Source of the DNA: Eledone cirrhosa
Lineage: Eukaryota
Assembly (NCBI GenBank): GCA_964016885.1
Contig: OZ024742.1
Span: 138,446,001-138,510,000, forward strand
Reading direction: 5' to 3'
DNA length: 64,000 bases
In this document: one piece after another, positions 13,923 through 27,567 of the stretch
How the letters are laid out: every line of letters begins with the position of its first letter
How positions within the stretch are numbered: position 1 is the stretch's first letter
Made by a program: the position numbers and the translations under genes
Notes under the pieces: model-generated
Seen by the model: the letters and a program-made list of their open reading frames with translations, nothing else
Told to the model about the DNA's origin: nothing
The model's database searches: none

Positions 13923-15494
13923 CTTTTTGCTCCATTATAATGTAGTATTATTTACAATAAAACTGTTATAGCAAGCCACTCGCAACAAGAATGATGATGA
14001 TGGTGATCACAAGAGTGTTGATAATACTGACGGTAATTTGGATCGTGATGGTGAATAACAAATAGGTTGTCCCTTTTGATACCTAACCCCAGGTTAGACT
14101 AGATGAAACATATCAACGAGACAAAGAATTCAACGGGTAAACGTTCCACTTTATATTTCTGAGACTGTATTATCTAATATATTTTCATTTATTTTAAAGA
14201 TAGTGCGATTCTGTTTTAAGAAATGTTGCTTGCACTTGAATAATGCAGAACAACTAAGTAAGACTCACTAAATATATTGAATATTCATGTAAATTTTGCA
14301 CTACTAGTTGCTGATATTGGTGATATTCGTGACAAGCTGAGGATTAAGTTGTTATTTAGGAATAAAAGATGATAATGTGGAAATGTAGGCTAAGCGGATG
14401 AATGTCTTTCTGGATGCGTATGCTAAGCAGAATGAAAATAATGTTGCTGGTTGTATAAAAGAAGCATGAGGTAGAATCTAACGGTGAAATGATATTGATG
14501 AAAGAAAATTAAATAATAGAACCATGCCAGATACGATAAAGGAACGTGAGACAGCAATGAAAAACATACAATTTACGGACAAAGAATTTGAGAACATTAA
14601 TAAAAACCAAAAATTATTGCGAAAGCCAGTACAAAACAAATAAGAAATATAAAGATGTAACTAGAGTAAGGTAAAATAATAATAGCAATAGGAAATTGCT
14701 TTTTCACCTTATATACTTTCTTGACATTTTAAGGTTATATCTTTTTTCAAATGATGAACGAAAAGAAATCGGCCCGGCTTCTTCCTAAAATCGTTTTTTT
14801 TTTTTTTTTGTGTAATTGATCGTCGATAGAAATGTTAAATGCGCAGGCCTGTCACAATGTTCTGCTCCTTGTAGTTCAGATTTGTTGAAATTTTTAGCTG
14901 ATGGCTTTTTATACGAATAACCTTTTTGATCCGTAACTCTCGGTAGATTCTATGGTAACCTCAATATCTCGTGTGTGGAATTTCTCTGTGTGTTTTTATG
15001 GTGAGGCACACGTGGTTCTGTGGTGTATGTGTAACTTCCGCATACTTCTTGCATATTTCTGTAAGGTTTATGGAAAATTTAGGGAGTTTGGATATACCAT
15101 TGGTGTATGCGGGTTGGGGTTTCGAAAGTAATCGCCTCATGTGAACTTTCTGCGTGCTGCAGTTGTATGTTCAGACCGTACTGCGTATATCTTGACAGAA
15201 CGCAGTGATGGTTCTCTCGTGAAAATGCAACGGATTTACATTACATATGCTATCAATAGAGATGCGCGCCCTCCTTAGCAATGGATACTGGTGTTTGGTG
15301 AGAGCAGCTAGCTAGCCGTTTTCAGTTATAACTCTTTGGAACACACGGAGTGGTGATCCAAAGAGTTCTCACTGAAACCGGTTATCCAGCTTTTCTGTCC
15401 GAAAGTTGCCTGATATTCCATTTCAATCAGTGGTTGTAAAATTGATAAAAATGGCTCCCTGCGCAGGTTCCGGGAGCATCGGATTTACGCACGA

Positions 15495-15942
15495 GGGCAA
15501 CAATTTTGGACGGAGGAAAATGTCGAATAAATCGACTCCAGTGCGTTACAGGTACTTTATTTTATCAATAATGTAATGATGAAATGCAAAGCTAACCTTT
15601 GGGGGAGTTGAACTCAGAACGTAAAAAGTCGTAACTCTATGCTGCAAAACATGTTGTTCGACGCTTTACTGACACTGCCAAACCACCGTTCTTAATATAC
15701 TGTAAAATAGATTTTTATATATAGGCACAAGGCCAGCAATTTTGGGGGAGGGGAAAGTCTATTTTATCGACCCCAGTGCGTGACTGGTATTTTATTTTCT
15801 CGACCCCGTAAGTGTAAAATGCAAAGCTAACCTCTGGGAAATTTGAAATCAGAACGTAAAGAGTCGTAACTCTATGCTGCAAAACATGTTGTTCGGCGCT
15901 TTTCTAATACTGCCAATCCACCACTCTTAATATACTGTAATA
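15495..15942 (-). mobile_element. Two tandem SINE family A (long variant) copies
   Basis: Both heads are followed by CTTAATATACTGTAA; shared body with extra GGGGAGGGGAAAGTC segment. Confidence 0.85.
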
Positions 15943-16074
15943 ATGAAGTATAAATTTTCATTCAGCTGTGTATATATTTTTCTTTATTTATAGTGTTCGT
16001 CTATGAAACAAAAAAGTGTGTTGTTTTGATGAGAAAAGAATATTGTTATAATTACTACAATACTACAATTCAGT

Positions 16075-16149
<75 letters not shown>

Positions 16150-16154
<5 letters not shown>

Positions 16155-16460
16155 CAATATAATAAAGAGAGATAAACACAGATATATCATATATATGTTC
16201 AAATCGTAAAGTACCAGATTCGCTAGGGTGAATAGGATACAAACTATGAACAATACGGGTTGCCAGACTCAATTTAAAAGAATAAATTAAGAAAAGGTAC
16301 AAACCGTTTGTACCTTTTCTTAATTTATTCTTTTAAATTGAGTCTGGCAACCCGTATTGTTCATAGTTTGTATCCTATTCACCCTGGCGAATCTGGTCCT
16401 TTACGATTTGAACACATATATGCATATATCTGTGTTTATCTCTCTTTATTATATTGAATT
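16150..16460. repeat. ~155-bp-arm near-perfect palindrome (1-nt spacer) between (TA)n tracts
   Basis: Centre GAAAAGGTACAAAC-C-GTTTGTACCTTTTC; arms are reverse complements with few mismatches. Confidence 0.95.
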
Positions 16461-16530
16461 TTATTACACAGCCCGGAAAAAGATTTTTCCTGGAGCTATT
16501 TAATTGTAAGAGACTATTTTGAGTTTCTAA

Positions 16531-16580
<50 letters not shown>

Positions 16581-16589
16581 AATGAATCA

Positions 16590-18125
16590 AAACTAAAAAC
16601 TCTACCATACATCTCCACACACAACCCCCTTAACAATGCGGCATTCGACACCATCCTCCAGAACATACCTTTACTGAAAAGAGACCTAATAATGAACCAA
16701 ATCCTCCAAACACACAGTATCATAAAGAGCAAAAGACAACCGGAATCAATAAAAAACATCCTTACACAGGCCAAAGTCCAGCCGACCCCCACAATGATCC
16801 CTACAGTAAAAAGAAATGCGGAAGACCCAACTGTTGTCTGTGTATCAATCTAATAGAGGGGTCGGAGTTCCACTTCAAACAAGGACAACACTTTACATTA
16901 AAGTGCAATTTCGCATGTGCATCAGAAAATCTCCTCTATGTGTTGACCTGCTCAGGTTGTCCAGAACACTACATAGGACAGACCAAAAACAGCCTCCGAT
17001 AACATATGACCGTCATAGATCCTAAATCAAAATAATGGAATACAGAAAGATAGCACTAAGTGAACACATCGTGACCTGCGCATCTAATGAACAACCCAAT
17101 TTTAGAATTGTTCCCATCTACAAATTCAAAGACAACGCTTCCTACATCCAACGCATTAGCAAGGAATCGCAGTCGCCAAATAGGAAACCCTTCTAAATGC
17201 TTCCACTTCGGACTAAACCAGAGCTGGCACACTTTAAAATCAACACCCTAGACATATCAAACCTTTAGCAATGTATCCTTCTCCAAGATTCCAGCAACCT
17301 CTGACAGCAATATAATGTAGACCAAGCAACGACGTAGTAACAACCACATCAGCAAGTCCTGGAGGACCTCCATGAAGATAATCGGATAAATGGAAACATT
17401 CAGGTGCCAAACTAAATGCTCTATTTTCCCCTGAATCTGGAAGCTTTTGCTGAAGATAGAATAGGTATTTCAGTGGCTCTGAACCCCTCTTTGTAGTAAA
17501 CTTTTCCCCATCCCTTAAATCTAAAATTCCTGCTAGGGATGGAATTAATATTTCAATAACTCTAAATTTTCTTTGTGGCAAAAAAACAAGGTCAGTGTTG
17601 ATTTCGTCTAAGAAAAAATACCAAGATAGATATTTTTAGAAGCACCTCCGCCCCGATCAACTCTAAGGTCACCCAGCCTTTCAAACCAATCCCAACCAAA
17701 CCTTGTATCCCCTATTCAAAGGGTCCCACATAGCAGTCTACAGCCACAACGACCATCTCCTACCACCTCCCCTCCTTCTCCTCTCCCCTCCTGCTTCTTC
17801 CCTCCCCAGTCACAACAAAGCCATTAGCAGAGAAGGATGGACTGACAAAATGACTTTCTTCTCTGAAGGACAACGTATGTGAAAATTAACTTTTCTTCCC
17901 CTCTCTATATATTTTTTTCCCCGTTTTTTTCTCTTTTTTCTTATTATCATTATTTTTCACTATTTGTACAAATATGCAACCTAACAATATTCTGTATCCG
18001 CAATTGAAAATGCATTTAATGCTGAAACCGGTATTTTAAATAAATTAATGTTTTGAAATTTCACCAAAAATATCTCTTCAACATTTTCTACAGGAAAAGT
18101 TCTTTTTCCTTTCTACTATTTGTTT

Positions 18126-18128
<3 letters not shown>
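16590..18128 (+). mobile_element. 5'-truncated Penelope-like element (GIY-YIG end + pLTR) flanked by (TA)n
   Basis: CGRPNCCLC then CASENLLYVLTCSGCPEHYIGQTKN across frameshifts; hammerhead variant at 18001. Confidence 0.85.
18001..18036 (+). ncRNA. Minimal hammerhead-like motif, U3-A8 variant
   Basis: CAA-TTGAAAA-tGCATttaATGCt-GAAAC-CG-GTA-TTT then AATAAA; palindromic ACCGGT; stem I weak. Confidence 0.5.
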
Positions 18129-18202
<74 letters not shown>

Positions 18203-18549
18203 TTGTGCCGAGTCGAATTAAGCTTGTACTTATTGATAAGTTATTTGAAATTCTAGTGTGAATTTCAGCCCCTCAAACGTAGTACCCTTGTAATAGTGGA
18301 AGCCACAAATTTATAAATAGATAAATAGTCTAAACAATTATTTTATATAGGTATATAACAAGGTTTCGATATTTGCATATGTATGTCTACATATGCTTTT
18401 CCCAATCAGACGACACTATCTTCTTTCCACGTTTCTTAAATCTCTCCGTGTTTGTATGATTGTATGTTTGTATGTTTGTATGTATGTAAGTATTCCGAAC
18501 ATTGGTTTCTTTCTAGAACCTGTAATAATGCCTATATATATATATAAAA

Positions 18550-19159
18550 GTGAGTCCTTCATCAGTGACCCTCCAACCGTCCTAGGCATTTCATCGCTTT
18601 AAGGGCCATATACCTCAGGTTGGTGCGAACAACGGCTAAAAAAAGTCGTTGGGACACGTAAATAAAGAGAACGTTAGGGTGAACAAACAAAATGGTTTAA
18701 GCAACAGAAAGTGAGAAGAAAGAGACAAGTCCCAGATTTCTATGAATATAAACTCGATAAAATCGTGAACTAGAGAATAAAGACCATCAGACCTGGTTGA
18801 AATGTGAGCAAGGAAGGAATTTCGCACAGGTCTAACGGGAGGAAGAAGAAGGGGTCTGGTCTGCGAATTCGGTAAACATAAGTTCTGTGAAGACGCAAAC
18901 GAGAGAGAAGAGAGAGAGAAAAAAAATTTCATACCGGCTTGGCCAAGAGTGCGCGAGAAAAGAAATCGGACAGGTCAAGCGGGAAGAAAGAGGAGAGGAG
19001 GAGAGGTAGTGACAGGGTATGAGTGAGTGAAAGTTGAGGAAGAGGCTAACAGAGAGAGAGACTGCTAGAAAGGGTAAAGATACAAAGAACGAAACAGACG
19101 GGTGGCAGCAGAGGAAAAAATATATGTGTAAATATGATAATAATGGAGCTGCGGCGTTA

Positions 19160-19165
<6 letters not shown>
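18550..19165 (-). repeat. Purine-rich interspersed repeat related to 29560-30120 and 34050-34590 (probable PLE pLTR family)
   Basis: Shared left-end motif TCxTCAGT...ATTTCxxCGCxTTAA and GA-rich body, beside (TA)n. Confidence 0.5.
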
Positions 19166-19225
<60 letters not shown>

Positions 19226-19306
19226 TTAAAACAATGAAATAAAAAATCAAGTCATTAGAGATATACTTCACTGCTTTACGATCGTTTCTAGATGATGATA
19301 TATAAT

Positions 19307-19492
19307 TGTTTCTACTTTAGGCACAAGGCCAGCAATTACCCAGTGCATTACTGGTACTTTATTTTATCGACCCCGTAAGGATGAAAGGCAAAGTCAACCT
19401 CGGCGGAATTTGAACTCAGATCGTAAAGGGGCGTAACTATGCTAGAAAGCATGGCGTCCGACCCTCTACCGATACTGCCAATCCACCGCCCT
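19307..19492 (-). mobile_element. Full-length SINE family A with 16-bp TSD
   Basis: A box TGGCAGTATCGG, B box GAGTTCAAATTC; TSD GATGATGATATATAAT at 19291-19306 and 19493-19508. Confidence 0.95.
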
Positions 19493-19859
19493 GATGATGA
19501 TATATAATGAAGTTAAAAAGAATGTCAAAATAAATGGTGATTAGCGTTGTATTGAGTTTTTAGGTGAATATATATACACACACACATAAATATATTTCCA
19601 TATCATACATAGATATATATTTACTCATGCAATTACGGGTGGTTGTGTACCTTATTGCCTTTAGTCATTAACGCATAAACCTAAGGAAGCTAAAACATTA
19701 AAAGGTAAAAAAATAAGCATGAATGCATATAAGGGAAAGGGGTACTAATAAATGTTACTCTATATATAATTATAGTGAGTTGCTATTTATAATATTTAAT
19801 TAGGTTTATAGTATTTAATTAGGTTTATAGTATTTAAATGTTCTTCTATATTACAAACT

Positions 19860-20281
19860 ATGAAGAGTTGCTGTCTTTTATTTAATAAATCGTCCTTAGA
19901 TTTAGTAATTTCCAAGATCTCCCCTGAACATAATCTGCATTCCCTCCTGTTCCCAAGTTATGGAGTTCTTTGTAGAATGGTGTTCCACGATAACTTAAAA
20001 TATATTTATTTCTTTTTATAATTATTTACCGCTTCAGCTAAAGATGTGGTGTTAGCTAGTTTAGTATTGTTGAAACTACTAGAGGGTGTGTAAAATATTT
20101 TCTTAAATGTGTTTGATGTAGATCCTATATATGTTTTGTTGGAGTCTGTAGTAGACACAGTGCATTTATATATTACATTATTAATGAAACAGTTGCCATT
20201 TAAGGGGCAAATGCTTCTATTTCTGCAATTACAGTCATACGTAAGATGGTTGTTAGGGGTGCCTATACTATTCTCAGCCAT
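19860..20281 (-). pseudogene. Penelope-like GIY-YIG endonuclease remnant
   Basis: CNCRNRSICPLNGNC..NVIYKCTV...TYIGST. Confidence 0.85.
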
Positions 20282-20338
20282 TCCTATTGTAATTAATGAT
20301 AGCAGGAGAATGGAGGTTGCTTTGTGGGTGGTTTGGTG

Positions 20339-20856
20339 CTAGGGTTGTATTGTGATTTTGTGTTCTGTTGTTTCTGTATTGGTGATTTGGATGGTTGTGT
20401 TTTCCAGGTTGAAGGATTGTATTATTTGCCTTTTTAAAAGGTGCTGTCCTATTTAAATTATGTTGTGGTGGTGTAGTCGTATTATTTTTAAGTTTATAAA
20501 TGTTGTAGTTGCTTATTTTTTGCTGGAGATTGCTTGATGTAGAGTATGAGAATTTAACAGTATATTTGTTAAATATTTGGTGGTATCACATTTTCCACCA
20601 AATCAGAGATACCACCAAATATTTAACAAATATACTGTTAAATTCTCATACTCTACATCAAGCAATCTCCAGCAAACATAAGCAACTACAACATTTATAA
20701 ACTTAAAAATAATACGACTACACCACCACAACATAATTTAAATAGGACAGCACCTTTTAAAAAGGCAAATAATACAATCCTTCAACCTAGAAAACACAAC
20801 CAGCCAAAATCACCAACACAAAAACAACAGAACACAAAATCACAATACAACCCTAG
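20339..20856. repeat. Fold-back inverted duplication, ~250-bp arms, 20-nt spacer
   Basis: 20339-20587 is the reverse complement of 20608-20856 with few mismatches. Confidence 0.95.
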
Positions 20857-21229
20857 TTGTATATTTTCGCATTACTGTATTTCATTATCTTATTATAATT
20901 TTCATCTTTTAATTTACTATCTTTCCTAGCCATAACCTTAATTTATATTCACCTAAAAACTCAATACAACACTAATCACCATTTATGTTGATATTCTTTT
21001 TAACTTCACTATACCAGATACTTTCAACTATCAGTTTGACAATCCCTTTCCTCCTAATAGATGTTTATGCCAATTTTACTATTAACACCATTGAACCATT
21101 CCTTTCCAAGGGACATGACCTCAACTAAAGTGTATTACTTTTCATCTTAACACCATATGAAAAAAACAATTTGATTCGTTAGTTCTTCAACTACCTCCAA
21201 ATAAGGACATGATACTAACATACTACTAA

Positions 21230-22791
21230 TCTATATATATAAAACTGTGGTTGTCTGTCTGTCTATCGATTTTTGGCACACATCTCCTCTTAGAATCTCT
21301 CACGGAATTGCACCGAAATTGCTATACTTGTACATTGAGCCCTAGCGAAGACATCGGAAAAAAAAAAATTTCAAATTGACCCACCCTATGTGACGAAATC
21401 GAATATAATGTATCGATTTTTTAGCGTAAGTGATCAGTTATTTCCCTTTGTTCTGTTTACATTGAGCGTCTGCGTGCAAAAATTAAAAAAATTACGCTGG
21501 CTTTCTCAGCGTTTAAAATGACATTAACACAATCATTTTTACTTGAAAACAAGTCTATTTAAAGACTACGTAAAACAAGCAAATATTTCGTAAAAAAAAG
21601 CAAAAATTATATAAGTTTATTTAAAATATATGTATCTGTAAATTTCGTTACGCGTGCAGTCAGTTTTATATATATAGATGATAAACAATAATATCCTCTA
21701 TGAGGTCACTAAACCTGCTAGAAACAGCAGCTAACTCTCCCTCATATCACACCACTCCCTACTGTCTTAAATTTAGAAAACACATATCCTCTATGAGGCT
21801 ACTAAACCTGCTAGAAACAGCAGCTAACTCTCCCTCATATCACACCACTCCCTACTGTCTTAAATTTAGAAAACACATATCCTCTATGAGGTTACTAAAC
21901 CTGCTAGAAACAGCAGCTAACTCTCCCTCATATCACACCACTCCCTACTGTCTTAAATTTAGAAAACACATATCCTCTATGAGGTTACTAAACCTGCTAG
22001 AAACAGCAGCTAACTCTCCCCCATATCATACCCCTCCCTACTGTCTTAAATTTAGAAAACATATCTTCTATGAGGTCACTAAACCTGCTAGAAACAGCAG
22101 CTAACTCTCCCTCATATCACACCCCTCCCTACTGTCTTAAATTTAGAAAACATATCCTCTATGAGGTCACTAAACCTGCTAGAAACAGCAGCTAACTCTC
22201 CCCCATATCACACCCCTCTCTACTGTCTTAAATTTAGAAAACATATCTTCTATGAGGTCACTAAACCTGCTAGAAACAGCAGCTAACTCTCCCTCATATC
22301 ACACCACTCCCTACTGTCTTAAATTTAGAAAACACATATCCTCTATGAGGTCACTAAACCTGCTAGAAACAGCAGCTAACTCTCCCTCATATCACACCAC
22401 TCCCTACTGTCTTAAATTTAGAAAACACATATCCTCTATGAGATCACTAAACCTGCTAGAAACAACAGCTAACTCTCCCTCATATCACAACCCTCCCTAC
22501 TGTCTTAAATTTAGAAAACACACAGACAACCATGCAGAACAACTCCATCGCAGCTCTGTTGTTCGGCTGGCATCGTCTACTCGCGTGTTGCGCAAGTACT
22601 GTGAAACAATAAATTTCAACACTTTTTTGCACAGAGATAATATCCATAGGCGAAACTACAATTGTCACTGCTGGCGCAGCTCATGCTTCCACGTCTGCAA
22701 TTCATTCACCCAGTGCCTGGCAGACAAAAAAGTGCTGCAACCTAACTTTGGTAACTTAATGACCCCGAGCAACGCCGGGCTTTAATGCTAG
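21230..22791 (+). mobile_element. Non-autonomous Helitron
   Basis: 5' TCTATATATATAAAA, subterminal hairpin CCCGAGCAACGCCGGG, 3' CTAG, inserted between A and T with no TSD. Confidence 0.88.
21691..22521 (+). repeat. Tandem array, 9 x 91-93 bp, inside the Helitron
   Basis: Unit starts 21691, 21784, 21877, 21970, 22061, 22152, 22243, 22336, 22429. Confidence 0.97.
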
Positions 22792-22826
22792 TTCTGAATA
22801 AAATTATTATTGAATAAAATTAATAT

Positions 22827-22962
22827 TGCTTTTGAAAACAGCTGGTGATATGCATGTAAGTAAATATTCTCTTTATCTGATATTTTGTAACTAACCTTAC
22901 ATAGATCAATAACGGAGTATAGCTACAATGTATTATCATCATCTAGAAACGATCGTAAATCA
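22827..22962 (+). ncRNA. Hammerhead-like motif, U3-A8 variant with long stem II insert
   Basis: TGCTT-TTGAAAA-cagctggtgata...tatcatcatcta-GAAAC-GATC-GTA-AATCA; the inverted partner at ~19272-19300 reads GTA-AAGCA, restoring stem I. Confidence 0.55.
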
Positions 22963-23144
22963 AGGAAGTATATCTCTAATGACTTGATTTTTTATTTCAT
23001 TGTTCTAACTTATATCATGACTCTGTTTTCCTTTCAATGTTTTATTGTTTTCCGAGATTTATCTTAACCTACAACATTTTCAACATATGGATTACATCGA
23101 GTTCTTCATGCAGAATAGACACCACAACTTACTGAGGATACCTC

Positions 23145-23305
<161 letters not shown>

Positions 23306-24260
23306 ATAGGCAATTTTACAGTCGTATTCAGCTGGTTCTAGAGAGAAACCAACACTCAGAAAACATATACATATATATGCATATATACATACATACAACA
23401 GTTAAATATTTACGATGTATACTTTGATTATAGCTATGCTATTTTATTTTGGCATTTATTACCGTGTTCAATTTTCAAATTTATGTATGAAAATATTTAC
23501 ATGTATCAGGTTAGACACACATATATACACATGTATACACATATAAACACATATATACACATATACACCAATATATACCGGTGTTTGAGAGATAGAAAAG
23601 GATTGAAAGAGAAAAATAGAGAGACGGTGTGTACCGATTCATCTCTACTTACGTTTCAAAGAAATACTGCTACGTTCTAAGCTATATAATAAAATATATG
23701 CGAATACATTGTTGTTGCTGTTTTTTTTGTTTGTTTTTTGTTTTTGTTTTTTTGTTGTTTTTTTTTTGTTTTTTGTTTTTGTCTTTTTTCATTTAAGAAG
23801 AGATTAATATAGAGCGAAAACATTTTATAAAGATATATTTTTCGAAATTCTTTTTGTAATATTCCATTTCAATATCAGTACTTAATCAAAACTTAATAGA
23901 AAAATATACTCATTCTCTCTCTATATATATATATTTATATATAAATATCTGTGTGTGTGTGTGTGTGTGTGCATTTATGTATGTATATAGTTGTATGTGT
24001 GTTTGTGTGTATGCATGTATGTAGATATTTATACATGAGTCGGGAAGGGTGCTTATTTTAATATACCTAGAAATATTTAGAAGCAAAAACGAATTTAAAA
24101 ATATTGAAGTTGTATGAAAATGAAATCTGTTTAATTCAGTGAGCAATCGTTCTACATGGGTGACTGAGTTAATAAGACCTTACTTGGTGGAATCGGAGAA
24201 ACCTAGTCTCTTACAACATACATTTTGTGTCTATACATACATACATATATATACATACGT

Positions 24261-24322
<62 letters not shown>

Positions 24323-25429
24323 AGTAAATGAAAAAGAAGAGTTTCAGCTACAAATCTAAATATTTATAGAATTCAATAACTAGTAAAGCGTGGGGCATTA
24401 ATCACATTAAAAAAAACAAAAGATATAGTTCAGAAATAACAAACTGCAAACGTGTTATACCACCAAAATAGAGGTAGGCCTAATTGAACCGGGATGTGTA
24501 TTGTGTATATTTTCGTCTCAGTATCCTGAACCTTGTAAACCAATGCTATTTATTTCACCTGACAAGGCGTGGAAATTGAAAAATATGTTTTTGTAATAAT
24601 CTCGTATGCTCCAAAATTCCTTACGCTGCAGAAAAAATCAAATCTGCTTAAATTTGACTAAAATATATATCTGGTTCCACAATTCCAGAATTCCGCAGGT
24701 TTCTTTATATGAGAGCACAATATGCAAACACTTGAACCTGTATGTACTGGACAAGTGATCAAGAAGGTTTTCAGATTATGAAAGTGGTTTATATCAAGAT
24801 GTATAGATTTGCTACATAAACTAGATATCGTCAGAAAATAACCTGTCGTTTCATTTAGAGAATGAATGGTAGGCGTTTAAGAGGAGCCGGGTGTAGCACT
24901 ATAAACGTCTTTAATGTCACACTAAATTAATAATCTATGTACTCATAAGATGTCCATAAACGTAATAAAAAGCCAAACAAATATAGACAGGGACAAGTGT
25001 CACACATCTATCGCCTTCAAATCGTAAGCCGGACGATTCCCAAACTAATCTCCTGTAAAGTGATAATTGATACAGAAGCCACATATTCACATATTAAGAT
25101 AGTGCTTTAAAAGTTAGATTTTCTAAACGCTCGACAGTCAACATTCATCCCCTAAGGACGGACCGATTATGTAGTTGATTTCTCTAAACATAATTATTAT
25201 TTCTCCTTGCCTCACGCAGCTTTTGTTGATGTGCTTTAGACTCTCTGTTAGTCAACAATTGCCTCTGATAACTTTCATTCCTCATACACAGAAGCGTCGT
25301 TGTACTGTGACCTATGAATACTTTCATGTTGTGAGGGTAGGATTGTCTTTGTGACCATATTAGGTTAAGTCAACTGGCAAATGCAGTTATCGGCGTATAG
25401 CTGAGAAAAAATCTCGGGGCAAAATGTGA

Positions 25430-27170
25430 AAATCAGATGAGATCCAATGACCTCGTCCATCTTTAGAGATTCTAATACTGAACTAAAAGGTTGTTTCGCT
25501 AAAGGAACTTTTCACTCTTACACAAATATACAAACTAACTTTTAGAAACTCTAACCTTCATAATCAAACACTGTCTCACTAATCATATGTAAAGATACAT
25601 TTTTTCAATAGATGATGTGTGAGTCACGACTAAGCTTGTGCTAAACGATCAATCTAATCAAATATAGTGATGCATATTTCCTGCAAAAAGCATAAAACTT
25701 ACAATACATATTGTATAAATCAAACTTTACTTTTATAAGATCATACGAAAGTAAAGGACTGAAAAAAAGCTATATTGGTACGACAGTTAGTAACTAAAGC
25801 ACATATTTGTTCAATCATGAAATATTCTTTTGATATTTGGACAAACCAAATGCTAGAAAAGTACCCAGTCATATATAGAGACAGAAACAAGTAAAGGGAC
25901 ACATGCTAACCATAGTAAAACCTGAAAGGTGACGATTTAATATGTGAGGATTCCTTTACGCAAAACAAAATCATTTTAAAACATTTGAAGAACAACCAAA
26001 TTAGATTAATAGATACAAGCACCCCCGTGCAATCGGGACAAACAGTGAACATACACACACACACCGAGATTAGAGCCAAAGTATTAACCCAAGCATATGG
26101 CAAGCCTCAGCACAGCTGCCACCCAATATTGTTCTTTTTAACCTTACCAACTTTTACTTATGAAACATACAACCAGAATCAGCTCCAACACAACTGCAAC
26201 GTCCTTTCTTACAAATATACATTAACATTCCAATAACCACTATTTATGCAGATGCATGAATTCGGTTTTAGCCTAGATATCCAAAGAAACACCAACACAC
26301 AAAACTGAAATACTTAAATACATACATAACTGAAAATTGTATTGGCTTCTTTTCACTAATCTTTTGTAGACGATAAATAAATAAATCCACAAATGAAGCA
26401 GTTTCATACATACAATGATTTTGTCTTATTTAGGCAGTACCTCTTACACAGATACATGCTAGTTCGTACGTTATCCCATATATCTAACAAGGGACCTTCA
26501 TATAACGCTAAAATTAACTTTCATAAATATTCAATTAGACGTCTCTTTACAATCCCTCGAGATAAGATTTCACCACCAAATCTTGTACTTCGTTCTATAG
26601 AATGGAAATAAGTGTGACTGTTAAATTCACTCTAATACAGACATTTACTTTTATTTGGTGAGAAGCATTTGAATATATATTAACTTGTGCATTAAGAAGC
26701 CGCCGACTTCAACTCTAAATGTGTATTTATCCAGGAACTATGCCATATGCGAATAATTTGTGTGCGGATACATCTCTTGTTTATGTATGTCACCAAAGTA
26801 TCCAATAGTGGAAGAATTGGACCCGAGTTTCAGTTCTAGTTAAACCCACCATCACGATCTGTGCATACCTCTCACAACCCATAGCCAAATACGTAACTAA
26901 TATATTGAAAGCTGTTAAAGGGAACTGGAACTACCAATTTCCTATTATCAATGTTCAAGGTAGTTTCTTCATCGATTATATAGTAACGTCTGTGTAAAAC
27001 AGCTGAATAGTACCCACAAAGAAACCATACATGATTTAACCAAAGCTGCAGGTAACGTATCTTTAAACATACACACATATGTATGTATAAACATGGCAAC
27101 GTCTTATTTACGCACTTCACCATAGATAGAAAAAAAGCTAATATACAGTTCAATATCTAATTGAATTAGC
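25430..27170 (+). pseudogene. Possible very old Penelope-type RT relic
   Basis: Only faint motif echoes (GTFH..KI.K-like, FNHEIF, KGT) upstream of hammerhead-bearing repeats. Confidence 0.25.
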
Positions 27171-27471
27171 TAACACCGTAAGCAATAGATTACAGTACAT
27201 TATGCTATAGATTTCAGTAGTGTCATTAAAAAACAATAGACTAAGCGAAATATTCAACAAGACAATCGCGATGACAAAAGACGCAGGTGTGTCTTTGTAG
27301 CTAACAAATTTGCTGCATGGGCACGCATCTTGTCCAGTGTCTTTTACTCAGATTGCACAATACCCTGTGAATAAATCTCTGTAAATGCTAACTATGCGGA
27401 AACTCATCGTATATATGCATATATATATATATATATCGTCCTACGGACGTGTTTTGAAACTCTGAATGAGG

Positions 27472-27567
27472 TATCCTCTTGATAAGTCGCAAACCTCACG
27501 AAAATACAGCATCTCTGTGATGTAATGTTTTTGCATAATAAGCCACGAAACTACGTAGTCGAGGATA
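27472..27567 (+). ncRNA. Type-I hammerhead, U3-A8 variant
   Basis: TATCCTC-TTGATAA-gtcgc..gccac-GAAAC-TACGTA-GTC-GAGGATA; 7-bp stem I, palindromic ACTACGTAGT. Confidence 0.8.

Larger units (their letters stand above)
19222..23013. mobile_element. Composite Penelope-like locus with inverted terminal repeats (contains SINE and Helitron insertions)
   Basis: 19222-19300 is the reverse complement of ~22933-23013 and 19505-19571 of ~20944-21013; GIY-YIG remnant on - strand. Confidence 0.75.

Noticed and set aside
14850-15490. Moderately GC-rich segment, possible TE relic
   Set aside because: No diagnostic motif or termini identifiable by eye
19400-19492. tRNA genes at SINE heads
   Set aside because: A/B boxes present but no cloverleaf; continuous with SINE body and TSD
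21691-22521. CRISPR-like array or repeat-protein gene
   Set aside because: Units are contiguous near-identical repeats with no unique spacers; 91-bp units break the frame; lies inside a Helitron
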